From positions 14,464 to 78,463 of the forward strand of contig JBBTQY010000003.1 of NCBI GenBank assembly GCA_038065475.1: a stretch of DNA of 64,000 nucleotides, written 5' to 3'. The position numbers and the translations under genes were made by a program. Of the stretch, positions 18,360 through 28,246 are shown piece after piece; the first letter of the stretch is position 1, and each line of letters begins with the position of its first letter. The notes beneath the pieces are model-generated. The model was not told where the DNA came from and did no database searches. It worked only from the letters and a program-made list of their open reading frames with translations. Source of the stretch: Patescibacteria group bacterium (GTDB lineage: Bacteria; Patescibacteriota; Minisyncoccia; Ryanbacterales; GWA2-47-10b).

Positions 18360-19761
18360 ACCAAGATACTATACTACGGCGCACATGAAAGATGCCAACG
18401 GCAAAAAGCGTAAACATGTACGGCGTCACAGGATAGCGCAAGCGCGCATTGGCGACCGTACCTGTCAGAAAAGCGGTTACAATAACAATAGAGAGAAGAA
18501 AAAGGGCCTCCCAACGGTAATGCGTTTGCTGCCACGTCACGTATAGAGCCCCGTACAACATCACTATACATATACCCATCCATGCCAAAACACCAAACCC
18601 GTATACCGTGAAATTGATGCCCCGAGTATTCCGTAACTCACGAAATATACCCCCCACGCCTTCTGTCAAAAACAATTTGCTTATGTGCGGAGATGATCCC
18701 CATGAGAAACCCATCTTGCGCGCCGTATCGGTAAATCCATCTGTTATAAAAAATGGGATCGTCTTGATAGTATAAAATTTTGCAAAAGACGTAGGATCCT
18801 CACGGATAATGCCGAGTGCAAAATCACGCACAACACTCGATTCTCGCAATGTCATAGTAGAGATAGTAACGCCAGTTTGTACAGCAAGCTTTGCCCGCAA
18901 AATATCTGAAGCCTCTGCATCCGAGATGCGATGCGTATATGCATAAAACAAAGTAGCATCATAAGAAAAAAGTTTGCGCACTGAGACGTCAGAAAGACCG
19001 ATGGTATCAAACACCAATACGTTACGTGCGATCCACGGTGTAAGTGCAACCACACAACAGAGCGCCACTACCACGCCCCTGGCAAATTGTTTTTTAAAAA
19101 ACAAAAACCCTATAACGATGCCGGCAACAATCAACCCAATAGGCCTTATAAGCGCAGCGCATCCTAAAAGCACCCCCACATGCCAAGCAACGCCATCCTT
19201 TTTTAAAACACTATACACTGCCCATACAAGAAAAAAAGTAAACACGCTCTCGCTCAGCACAATATTCGATAAATATATGCCCGAGGGTTCGAGTGCAAAC
19301 ATCAACGCAGCTATTAGGCTAAATTTTTCAGTAACAAAAAATCGCGTAATTCGATATACGAGCACTGCCGAAATGCCCGCAAGGATATTTTGTATAACCG
19401 CGACAGAAAAGAAGGAGCGAAATATAAGCAAACACAATGCGATGAACAAAGGATACCCCGGCGTACGAAATGCATCGGGCGCAAAAGGAGCTGAGTACGA
19501 TAAAGAAAACGTTCCGTGCTCCAAAATATTATTCGCAAGGTGTGCATATCCCATCGAGTCCGTCCCTGCAATTGGCATCTCGGCGCGTCCGGTCGCAGAC
19601 AATGCTATAAGCGCAACAAATACTATCATGCGCGCAAAAAACGCTATGCAAAAAATAATTATCTCTTTTCGCGATACTTGGTGAATGCTCAAATATCTGC
19701 GCAGGCGATCAGCTATAATTTGCATCATCTTTTTTACATACAAAAACAAGGTCATACCCAA
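18349..19761 (-). CDS. ArnT/PMT-family (GT39/GT83-like) GT-C membrane glycosyltransferase
   Basis: GTDSMGYAHLANNILEHGTFS...PGYPLFIALC matches the family's N-terminal DxxY...PxYP loop region. Many TM helices follow. Confidence 0.7.
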   Translation of the reverse strand: MGMTLFLYVKKMMQIIADRLRRYLSIHQVSRKEIIIFCIAFFARMIVFVALIALSATGRAEMPIAGTDSMGYAHLANNILEHGTFSLSYSAPFAPDAFRTPGYPLFIALCLLIFRSFFSVAVIQNILAGISAVLVYRITRFFVTEKFSLIAALMFALEPSGIYLSNIVLSESVFTFFLVWAVYSVLKKDGVAWHVGVLLGCAALIRPIGLIVAGIVIGFLFFKKQFARGVVVALCCVVALTPWIARNVLVFDTIGLSDVSVRKLFSYDATLFYAYTHRISDAEASDILRAKLAVQTGVTISTMTLRESSVVRDFALGIIREDPTSFAKFYTIKTIPFFITDGFTDTARKMGFSWGSSPHISKLFLTEGVGGIFRELRNTRGINFTVYGFGVLAWMGICIVMLYGALYVTWQQTHYRWEALFLLSIVIVTAFLTGTVANARLRYPVTPYMFTLFAVGIFHVRRSIVSWYGK

Positions 19762-20461
19762 AAAATTTCATCCCTGGGATCTTGCAGAGGAACTGATCGA
19801 GTGCAAACATAGTATCACCCCCAAACAAACGGTAGAAAACCTTGGGTATCAAGCCAAACCCATACCACCGCTCGACGGAAAGACCGTGACGACGAGCGAG
19901 CGTATGTGCTGCAAAAACTGTCATCGTATTGAGTTGCCGACCGCGCATGCGATACCACAACTTCGCAAAAATCCGATAATTGAATGCATTGCCGTGAATA
20001 TTAAAAATAAAAATGCCATCCTCCCGCAATTTTGGAACGAGAACTTTAAGTGCAGCATCTCGGAGTACTGGCTGTGCGTTGAGAAAAAATCGGAATGCGG
20101 TAATAACATCAAACTCCTCTCCAGCTAAACTGTCCTCAACGGTGATATCAGCCTCGATAAACTTTGCTTTTTTTGTTTTTTCCTTGGCACGCACAAGCAT
20201 GTCGGACGACATATCAACACCGACCGACTCTTTAAAAGAGTCTTCAAGAAACGCAATGATGCGCCCGGTACCCGTCGCGAAATCTAAATATCGCGTACGA
20301 CGACCCTCCTCTATGCACTTTATCTCTGAGGCTAATATTGCCCGCTCATAACGCCAAAGCCAATCATCATAGGAGTTTTGACGATAGATAACCTCATCAT
20401 ACTGCGTCGTCTTTCGTTCACCGAGATGGGAAAGGCGGTAATCTTTCATACTGTGAGACAT
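19709..20461 (-). CDS. Class I SAM-dependent methyltransferase
   Basis: YLDFATGTGRIIAFL motif I. Overlaps the upstream GT-C gene by about 50 nt. Confidence 0.8.
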   Translation of the reverse strand: MSHSMKDYRLSHLGERKTTQYDEVIYRQNSYDDWLWRYERAILASEIKCIEEGRRTRYLDFATGTGRIIAFLEDSFKESVGVDMSSDMLVRAKEKTKKAKFIEADITVEDSLAGEEFDVITAFRFFLNAQPVLRDAALKVLVPKLREDGIFIFNIHGNAFNYRIFAKLWYRMRGRQLNTMTVFAAHTLARRHGLSVERWYGFGLIPKVFYRLFGGDTMFALDQFLCKIPGMKFFGYDLVFVCKKDDANYS

Positions 20462-20530
20462 AACGTCTCTAGCATACCAAAGAGTTATCGTGCGTGGAAC
20501 AGCTATATGTTTTTATGCTAGCATTGAAAA

Positions 20531-22894
20531 ATGATAAATCGCGTTTTTCGCCGTCGTACCATCCTTATCTTAGGGGTAGGGATTTTTCTCCTTTTTCTAC
20601 TTATATCGATCATGTCACCCAACGCCACTGAAAGATGGCAATCACCAATCTACCAACTCGCAATACATACCTACCGATCGATAGAAAAACTACAGGATAT
20701 GCCGTATTTACCTTATCTTGTCCGCAAAAATAACCTTTCCACATATGATATTGTTATCGATCCGCAAGACATAACTGCTATGAATGCTGGGTTGCCAAAA
20801 GATATGGTGAAGGGTCGCCTCCTTGACGAACATAAAGTGCGCATAAACGCACTTTTTCAAACCACTCAATACGAGAGTAAAGTTAAAATACGTTATCGAG
20901 GACGCGGACCAAATCACTGGAATTCTCTAAAAAAATCCTATCACGTAGATTTTCCAGACGAACAACCGTTCAATAGCTTTGAAAGTATTAAATTTAATAT
21001 TCCTGAGGATCGTGGATATGCAGTGGAACCACTCAACTTTTACCGAGCAGAAAAATTTGGCATGGTCGCGCCACAACCATGGTTTACGAATCTTAAATTA
21101 AACGGACAAGCCATGGGCGTCTATATCGCAATCCCTCACTGGACGACGACTTTAATTGAACACAATAAGCGGCCTGAGACGAGCAACATCTTTGGCATTA
21201 AAGATATATCGCGAGAAGAAACATTAGAACGAAACTTTTTTGACCCCATAAATATTGATTATTGGGAAGATTACACAAAACAGGAGATCCCTCCTGCCGA
21301 TAAAAAAGCGTTGTCGGAGTTTTTATCTTTTGTCACTCATGCATCGGATACAGAATATACTCAACTCCTCCCCATCATGGTCGATATGGACGCTCTCTAC
21401 GGATGGCTTGTCATGAATACACTCGCAGCCTCCACCCATCAAAATCTGCACGTCAACATTATTCTTTTTCGAGATACAAGCACGGGGAAATTTCAGCCCA
21501 TTCCGTGGGACACGCAACTCTACCCCTACGAACCCATGCATCTTGAATCTCATCCGCTAATTGGACGCACGCTCTCGGTACCTGCGTTTCGCAGGGAATA
21601 CTTGCGACGACTTGCTGCATATACTACAAAAGAAAACCTAGCCGATGACCTTGCATTTTACGATGCCCAATGGGAATCAATACGCATTCCACTCTATCAA
21701 GACTTTGCAAAAGCACCGCTCAATACAGAAATACGCGCTTCGCGCATGCGATCGCGCGAACTGATCGAAAAAAACTTTTCTACCGTACAAGAACTATTAG
21801 AAAAAAATCCTGAAGATCTTTTTGTGGGTATGACTGAAAAATATTCCACCGAACCTCTTACCCTCTCCCCTCTTCATGCAGGAGCAACCACACCTATAGA
21901 TGTGTTTATCAAGAGTCACCCACAATTCTATCTTGAGGGACCCGATACGGTCGCGGTAGGGCCAGGAACAATCACAGTCCCATCGACAATCACGATCCCC
22001 CAAAACTATCGACTCGTCATAAAACCAGGGACACGTATTCTCTTGGGCTCTGATGCATCAATTATTTCATTTAAGTACCTTACAGCAATCGGCGCTGCTG
22101 CATCACCTATTCGTGTTGAGGGTATGTCGCAAAAACCATGGGGGTCACTCTTTGTATTAGATTCTCATAGCGGCACGAGCACCATTGCACATGCCCATAT
22201 CACCGGCGGATCCGGATTTCACCAAGACGGTATAACTGCGACGGGCATGGTCGCTCTTCACAACACTAATGCCGCGGTGAGCCACACGATATTTGAGAAC
22301 ACCCATGACGATGACGCACTCAATGTCAAGCATGGCTACGTAGAAATCAATGAAAATACTTTTCGCAATACTTTTGGTGATGCTATCGATCTTGATGCGA
22401 GTCGAGGGTTTGTGCATGACAATGCTTTTGGACATTTTGGCTTTGATGCTCATAAATCTGCGGGGCCAAATGGTGACGGTGTTGATATAAGCTTTAGCAC
22501 AATCGAAATCTCTGGAAATATCATCCGAGCCTGTGGCGATAAAGGAATTAGCGTTGGAGAGCAATCAGCGCCGCACATCATTAACAACCTTATAATGAAG
22601 TGCTCGATCGGCATTGCGGTCAAAGATCTATCAAGTGCCATCGTCAGTAATAATTATCTTATTGAAAATATGACCGGCCTTTCTCTCACCATGAAAAAAC
22701 CTCATTTTGGTGGTGGCGAGGCGACCTTAAAACAAAGCCTTCTCTGGAACAATGGGGAAGATCTTTCGATAGATCCATACTCTATCCTGCATGACGCCGG
22801 AGAAAACATCATAAAATCACGCAATGACAATCTCAAATTGCCATCCGATATACGTCCTCAATTTCAAGCGCCGCTCAGCGAGCTTCTTCGATAG
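20531..22894 (+). CDS. CotH-family (atypical kinase) domain protein with a C-terminal right-handed parallel beta-helix repeat region and an N-terminal membrane anchor
   Basis: KKSYHVDF, LNGQAMGVYIAIPHW and IPWDTQ resemble the CotH HMM core. The C-terminal 250 aa carry repeated NNxI/GIxV beta-helix motifs (NNLIMKCSIGIAVKDLSSAIVSNNYLIEN). Confidence 0.6.
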   Translation: MINRVFRRRTILILGVGIFLLFLLISIMSPNATERWQSPIYQLAIHTYRSIEKLQDMPYLPYLVRKNNLSTYDIVIDPQDITAMNAGLPKDMVKGRLLDEHKVRINALFQTTQYESKVKIRYRGRGPNHWNSLKKSYHVDFPDEQPFNSFESIKFNIPEDRGYAVEPLNFYRAEKFGMVAPQPWFTNLKLNGQAMGVYIAIPHWTTTLIEHNKRPETSNIFGIKDISREETLERNFFDPINIDYWEDYTKQEIPPADKKALSEFLSFVTHASDTEYTQLLPIMVDMDALYGWLVMNTLAASTHQNLHVNIILFRDTSTGKFQPIPWDTQLYPYEPMHLESHPLIGRTLSVPAFRREYLRRLAAYTTKENLADDLAFYDAQWESIRIPLYQDFAKAPLNTEIRASRMRSRELIEKNFSTVQELLEKNPEDLFVGMTEKYSTEPLTLSPLHAGATTPIDVFIKSHPQFYLEGPDTVAVGPGTITVPSTITIPQNYRLVIKPGTRILLGSDASIISFKYLTAIGAAASPIRVEGMSQKPWGSLFVLDSHSGTSTIAHAHITGGSGFHQDGITATGMVALHNTNAAVSHTIFENTHDDDALNVKHGYVEINENTFRNTFGDAIDLDASRGFVHDNAFGHFGFDAHKSAGPNGDGVDISFSTIEISGNIIRACGDKGISVGEQSAPHIINNLIMKCSIGIAVKDLSSAIVSNNYLIENMTGLSLTMKKPHFGGGEATLKQSLLWNNGEDLSIDPYSILHDAGENIIKSRNDNLKLPSDIRPQFQAPLSELLR

Positions 22895-24602
22895 CCCCTC
22901 GATACTCCCAAATCTCAATACGTTCGCGTAAGCTTGATTCGCCGAACGAAGCAACGGGTGCATACTGCTCTTGAACTAAAGTGCGAAATGCTGGGTAGTG
23001 CGAGAAAATATGCCTCTCCATCCGGCCATCAACAATCACGTATCGCGGGGGATCTGATCTAAGCATGTGCAATAATTCATTTGGAGATGGGAATGTGCCG
23101 GTGCGATTATCGGCGTTACCCGCAAAATGAATAGCGTACGACGTAAGATCTGCAACTGTACGACGATCTGCGATCACCACCGGCAAAGGATTTGCTGAAA
23201 AAATCCTCTCTTCCGAAGTCGTATGACTCTCGATAAACAATGCCGTGCTGTTAATTGTTTTTTGTGTCCACCACCAGCCTCCTACTTTGGGATCATAGAA
23301 CCAGGCAAAACTCGTCGCCCAAAATCCAATACCCACACATACATACAGCGTCTTTATCACTTTTGACTCGCGCCTCCAGTCAATGCGCGACAATACATAT
23401 CCGGTACCTAAAGCTATCGCGGGAATAAATTCACGAGGATATCCGGGTGCAAAAAAAGAATATGCCACAAAGAGTCCTGCTATCCATAATAACAACACCT
23501 CTACTCCGAAGTGGTCATGCGTATCCTGTTCGAAAAATTTTAAAATGCGAAACAGCAATCCAAACGCAACAAGGGAAACAATAAAAAGTGATAGAAATAC
23601 TAAGTGTCGAAATGACCCAGACGCGATAATGGTGAGCGTATGCACAACAAACGACCCGATAAAAATCAAAAGTATTCCAAGTACAAGCGCATTACGAATA
23701 CTCCTTGTACGCGCGAAAAACATACGGACCGCAATAACAAGAAACCCGACCAGCCCCACAAATAAAAGACCTCCTTGTATCGCCACGCCTTCAACAAACG
23801 TCAACAGCCAATCGCGAGCAAATAAATACCATGAGAATGTAGTACCGGAAATCTCAGCTTTTGTTGCCTGTACTGAAAATACAACAAAAAGATCGAGCCA
23901 ATACGTAACGGCTCGATCCCAGTGATGAAAAGCTGTGTAAAGAAAAACCGGCAAGAACCCAGCGAGAAATCCAACAACAATCATACTTGCTGATTCAATA
24001 TACCGCCATATATTCGACCGTGCGCGCCAAAAAGTAAGTATGACTAAAAGACCGATGGTCAGTGCCATTGCAAGGATAGATTGCCGCTCGATATACCCTA
24101 CACCAAGTGCAGCACCCGACAATATAAACCACCGCCTGTCACCACGTACTCCACGTATCGCCCCAAAAAGGGCGAGCATTGCCATAAGAATGGTCAATGA
24201 CTCCGTCTTAATAAAATGACTATTCCAAAGCGTATAAGGCACAAGCGCATGTATCAACGCACCCGCAATAACTATTTTGCGCTCAAACAGCTCACGCCCC
24301 AATAAATACAACATTCCCGTGCAAAGCGCCGAAAATAAAAGTACTGGTATGCGAAATATAAATATTGATCTACCGAACAGTACCGCAGAAAGATTGATAA
24401 ACCAAGAAAGAATAGGTGCGCGCGTTGTGTAGTCAGCAATGGGTATTTCTCCACGCCCAATACGCAGTGCGTCTTGAACAAATCTACCTTCATCGCCACC
24501 TACCATAGTAAATGGGAAAACGAGAATCAGTGCGACAAACGCAACAAATGAAAGTAGCAGCGCTACTTGAATATCAGACAAGGCTTGCATACGTCGCATC
24601 AT
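22875..24602 (-). CDS. ArnT/PMT-like GT-C membrane glycosyltransferase
   Basis: Polytopic, with an N-terminal GGDEGRFVQDAL...PIADYTTRAPILSW loop. Start set at the internal ATG (MMRRMQALSDIQVALLL), which abuts the LAB_N stop. Confidence 0.65.
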   Translation of the reverse strand: MMRRMQALSDIQVALLLSFVAFVALILVFPFTMVGGDEGRFVQDALRIGRGEIPIADYTTRAPILSWFINLSAVLFGRSIFIFRIPVLLFSALCTGMLYLLGRELFERKIVIAGALIHALVPYTLWNSHFIKTESLTILMAMLALFGAIRGVRGDRRWFILSGAALGVGYIERQSILAMALTIGLLVILTFWRARSNIWRYIESASMIVVGFLAGFLPVFLYTAFHHWDRAVTYWLDLFVVFSVQATKAEISGTTFSWYLFARDWLLTFVEGVAIQGGLLFVGLVGFLVIAVRMFFARTRSIRNALVLGILLIFIGSFVVHTLTIIASGSFRHLVFLSLFIVSLVAFGLLFRILKFFEQDTHDHFGVEVLLLWIAGLFVAYSFFAPGYPREFIPAIALGTGYVLSRIDWRRESKVIKTLYVCVGIGFWATSFAWFYDPKVGGWWWTQKTINSTALFIESHTTSEERIFSANPLPVVIADRRTVADLTSYAIHFAGNADNRTGTFPSPNELLHMLRSDPPRYVIVDGRMERHIFSHYPAFRTLVQEQYAPVASFGESSLRERIEIWEYRGAIEEAR

Positions 24603-24603
24603 A

Positions 24604-24903
24604 TTATTCTGCGAACGCCCGAACTCCTCGCCGGTGAAGTACAATATTGCGTACATAGATTGAAAACGCAATCACCTGCCCAGCAAAAAAAACTGGATCT
24701 CTTGTATGGAGCGTATAAATAAAAATCATGACACTGCCCATAGCACTCAAGTACCAATACATAATGGGAATCGTACTCCTACCACTTCGCTCCGAATCAA
24801 TCCATTGGATCATGAGCCTCAAAAAAAAGAAAAATTGTCCTAAAAACCCCACGAGAACCCAAGCGTCAATCGTAAATCCTAAAATAGTAAAGGGAGCAAA
24901 CAT
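24604..24903 (-). CDS. Lipid-A-disaccharide synthase N-terminal domain (LAB_N) small membrane protein
   Basis: 99 aa with 3 TM helices. WYLSAMGSVMIFIYTLHTRDPVFFAGQ matches the LAB_N consensus. It sits next to the GT-C and GT2 genes, as is typical. Confidence 0.6.
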   Translation of the reverse strand: MFAPFTILGFTIDAWVLVGFLGQFFFFLRLMIQWIDSERSGRSTIPIMYWYLSAMGSVMIFIYTLHTRDPVFFAGQVIAFSIYVRNIVLHRRGVRAFAE

Positions 24904-24915
24904 GGTCCTATGGTA

Positions 24916-26004
24916 TTATCCTTGGGCTGTTTTCGCAATCGCACTATATACGCGCTGACTCATAGCGTCTTCGCTACAAAGACGCTCGAATAACTTATGC
25001 CCCTCGTGCATCACGTGCTCACGAATATCGGCATGATCGCGTATCCATAAAATTTTTTCTGCTAAAGCATTGGGGTCGTTGATGCGGCAAAAAAATGCAG
25101 TCTCACCATCATGAAAAAAATGCTCGACAACTGACACCTCGGGCGGGCCCGCGGTCAAAAACGGCTGGCCCATAGCGATTGTTTCGAAGGATTTATTGAG
25201 CAGATTCCGCCGCGCCTTTGGCGTATCGCCAAACATTCCGAGACAAAGATCGGCATCTTTACGTTGTGTAATCATTTCCTCATCAGAAAGACGCCTACTG
25301 ATAAGCTCCACATTTGAAAGCTTTAACTCCCGATGAAGCTTCTCAATCACCGAAGACAACTGCCCCTTACCTGCTATACGAAAAATAATATTGGTATCTT
25401 CCAACTGCTTTGCGGCGCGTAAGACGACATCGATCCCATGGACAGGACTTATCTCCCCGCAAAATTCGACGACGAATTTATCTTTATCAGCCGGCAATTT
25501 TTCTTGTACCCGTGGATAAAAAATGGTGCGATCTGCGCACATAGGAATCTCTACAAATCGATCCCGTGGCGTACCAAACGTCTCATGAATTCGGTCAGCG
25601 TGTATTGGATCGTGCACAACGATAACTGTTGATTTAGTATGCGCCTGCCGATCAAGCCACCACACAACGCGACATCGCCACGAACCGTGCATAAAAAGTT
25701 TTCGATCAACACACGCCCCATCATGAAGCTCTGTTTGGAGATCAAAAATGATAGGTTTTTTTGTAAATAAACGCAAAAACGGAACAATCGGATGGCCCAT
25801 CCATCCTACAAAAAATATATCATGCGAATACATCAAAAAAGGTAATCGTAAAAAAATACTGAGAAAACGGAGTGGGAAAGAATTTTGCTTCGATGCCAGC
25901 AGCGTCGTCTGATGCCGCTTCTTAAGAATTCGGTATTTTATGCGATTACTAGGGTAGCTTGGCGATGCGCCGCAGACAAAAAGTATCTTAGGCCTCTCGA
26001 TCAT
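24916..26004 (-). CDS. Glycosyltransferase family 4 (GT-B, glycosyl transferases group 1)
   Basis: C-terminal EFCGEISPVHGIDVVLRAA...GDTPKARRNLLNKSFETIAMGQPFLT (EX7E-type region). Start at the internal ATG (MIERPKILFV). Confidence 0.8.
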   Translation of the reverse strand: MIERPKILFVCGASPSYPSNRIKYRILKKRHQTTLLASKQNSFPLRFLSIFLRLPFLMYSHDIFFVGWMGHPIVPFLRLFTKKPIIFDLQTELHDGACVDRKLFMHGSWRCRVVWWLDRQAHTKSTVIVVHDPIHADRIHETFGTPRDRFVEIPMCADRTIFYPRVQEKLPADKDKFVVEFCGEISPVHGIDVVLRAAKQLEDTNIIFRIAGKGQLSSVIEKLHRELKLSNVELISRRLSDEEMITQRKDADLCLGMFGDTPKARRNLLNKSFETIAMGQPFLTAGPPEVSVVEHFFHDGETAFFCRINDPNALAEKILWIRDHADIREHVMHEGHKLFERLCSEDAMSQRVYSAIAKTAQG

Positions 26005-26908
26005 ATTTAGGCACGGTCGGGTCTGAACGATTGATAATCTCAGCGATAAGCCCCATGAGAATAAACTGGAAACCAATCAATATACATACTGCCGCGAGTA
26101 TCGGGAGTGGCGTGCGGATAAAATGAGTATCTTCAAAAACCTTGAGCCAGAGCGCCCACATGCCTGCTACGGCGCCGAGCAAAAAACTTGCAAAGCCTAC
26201 GGCTCCAAAAAAATGCATGGGACGGCGCGCATATTTATAAAAAAAGTGAAACGCGAGCACATCAAGTAATACCTTAAATGTACGCGAAATGCCGTATTTT
26301 GAAGTACCGAACTTGCGGGACTCAAAAGCAACGGGCATCTCGGCAACGCGTGCACCTTCGCGTTTAGCATATGCCACGATCATGCGATGCATATCACCCG
26401 TAAAATGCAGTCCTTCTAGAATCTCACGACGATATATCTTGAGCGTGCAACCATGATCGTGTAAGTGCACGCGCGTCACCAGCGAGATAAGGCGATTGGC
26501 AATCGCCGACGGAATACGCCGAGTAAATAGTTTTCCCTTCCAACGATCTTTACGCCATCCTGATACGATATCGTACCCTTCATCAAGCTTGGCTAGCAGG
26601 CGCGGAATATCACTCGGGCGGTTCTCGAGATCGCCGTCAAGCGTGATAATAACCTCTCCGCGGGATTCTCGCACGCCAACGCCCAATGCCGCAGTCTGGC
26701 CTGCGTTGCGTTTCAAACGAAGCAACAAAAGAGGCTTTATACCGCGCAATACATCGCTTGTTCCATCTGAAGATCCATCATCGACAAAAATAAGTTCGTA
26801 CGGTTTACCGAGAGCATCGAAAACGGAAATAAGCTCTTTATGCAACAAGGGAGCCGATTCCTTTTCATTATAGAGCGGCACAATAACTGAATACGTAGGT
26901 CGTTCCAT
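25988..26908 (-). CDS. GT2 polyprenyl-phosphate sugar synthase (Dpm1/ArnC/GtrB-like) with C-terminal TM helices
   Basis: YSVIVPLYNEKES...ELIFVDDGSSDGT...LDGDL motifs plus two C-terminal TM helices. Confidence 0.85.
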   Translation of the reverse strand: MERPTYSVIVPLYNEKESAPLLHKELISVFDALGKPYELIFVDDGSSDGTSDVLRGIKPLLLLRLKRNAGQTAALGVGVRESRGEVIITLDGDLENRPSDIPRLLAKLDEGYDIVSGWRKDRWKGKLFTRRIPSAIANRLISLVTRVHLHDHGCTLKIYRREILEGLHFTGDMHRMIVAYAKREGARVAEMPVAFESRKFGTSKYGISRTFKVLLDVLAFHFFYKYARRPMHFFGAVGFASFLLGAVAGMWALWLKVFEDTHFIRTPLPILAAVCILIGFQFILMGLIAEIINRSDPTVPKYDREA

Positions 26909-26929
26909 AATAAAAATTAAACAATATAA

Positions 26930-28246
26930 TCAAGAAAAAATCAAGCTTCCGGAACAAACTGCTTCTACTGCTTCTTTTACGTCAGTATAATGTGGATATT
27001 CTCTCAAGAGTACCTCACGCTCATCTTTGCAACTATATCCCGTCTTGACTCCGACAAATGCTATACCCGCGCGCTCTGCTGTTTTTGCATCGATAGTAGA
27101 ATCGCCAATCAACACACTTCGCGAGAGATCGATATTAAAATCTTTCACTGCCAACTCTATCATACCGATGCCAGGCTTTCGACACTCGCACGATACTTTT
27201 AACCCCTCCACCTCACCTGGGAACCCCTTTTCGGGATAATGCGGACACATATATATCGCATCTAACTTTGCACCTACAGCACCGAGTGTATTTTCAATCT
27301 TTATATTGATCTGCCTCGCTACTACATTAGTGACCAATCCCTTAGCGATCACTGGTTGATTCGTCACTAAAATTGCTAAATACTCCGTATCATTAATACG
27401 GCGTATCGCCTCTACAGCTTCCGGATACACATCACAATCCTCGGGGCGCGTAACACCGCCGATTTCTTTATTGATCACACCATCACGATCGAGAAAAATG
27501 GCGGGGCGCGGATACTCGCTGTTCATGCGAGATATCTTCCCCGCAGCGCAATCTCTCTCTGCTTCGCGCAAACGCTCAGGCGTACCAATATCTTTGAGAT
27601 ATTCAGCGGAATGATATGCGTATATCTCACCGCCATTTGCAAGAATACTTGGAAACACGTTTTTTTCGAGATCGGCAAAACCCTTAACTGGAATATATGA
27701 AAATATTTTTGGGGAAATAATGTATACGGACCCTACACTAAAATTTCCAACGAGCATGCCGGCATCACGGGGACGTGAATACAGCGCGGCAATTTTCCCC
27801 GACATATCCCGCTCAACGAGGTCGCTGTCATGCATATGATCAGTCGGGTGACCCAACACTGTCAGTGTTGCATTAGCGTGTTGTTGGTGCCATTTTTGAA
27901 ATCGTGGAATATTGACATCGAGCATGATATCGCCCGATAACAACAAAAAATCCTCGCGCATCTTATCGTGAAGCGCTCGCAACGCGCCAGCCGTGCCTTG
28001 CGGCTCATCTTCTGTAAGATACGAAATAGAAGCTCCCCACTGCAAACCATCATTACAATACTCGCGTATACTGCTTGCCTGATATCCCAGAAGTAATGTT
28101 ATATCTATAATACCATAACGTTTTAATAACAAAATCTGATGCTCAAGAATTGTTTTTCCTCCAATTAAAACAAGTGATTTTGGAGTATCTCGCGTGAGCT
28201 CCCCGAGACGTGTGCCACGCCCACCAGCTAAAATGACTGCTCTCAT
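26930..28246 (-). CDS. Bifunctional fusion: sugar-1-phosphate nucleotidylyltransferase (HddC-like heptose-1-P guanylyltransferase) joined to a HAD-IIIA D,D-heptose 1,7-bisphosphate phosphatase (GmhB-like)
   Basis: N-terminal MRAVILAGGRGTRLGELT...GTAGAL nucleotidyltransferase signature. C-terminal AIFLDRDGVINKE...CECRKPGIGM is the GmhB signature. Confidence 0.8.
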   Translation of the reverse strand: MRAVILAGGRGTRLGELTRDTPKSLVLIGGKTILEHQILLLKRYGIIDITLLLGYQASSIREYCNDGLQWGASISYLTEDEPQGTAGALRALHDKMREDFLLLSGDIMLDVNIPRFQKWHQQHANATLTVLGHPTDHMHDSDLVERDMSGKIAALYSRPRDAGMLVGNFSVGSVYIISPKIFSYIPVKGFADLEKNVFPSILANGGEIYAYHSAEYLKDIGTPERLREAERDCAAGKISRMNSEYPRPAIFLDRDGVINKEIGGVTRPEDCDVYPEAVEAIRRINDTEYLAILVTNQPVIAKGLVTNVVARQINIKIENTLGAVGAKLDAIYMCPHYPEKGFPGEVEGLKVSCECRKPGIGMIELAVKDFNIDLSRSVLIGDSTIDAKTAERAGIAFVGVKTGYSCKDEREVLLREYPHYTDVKEAVEAVCSGSLIFS

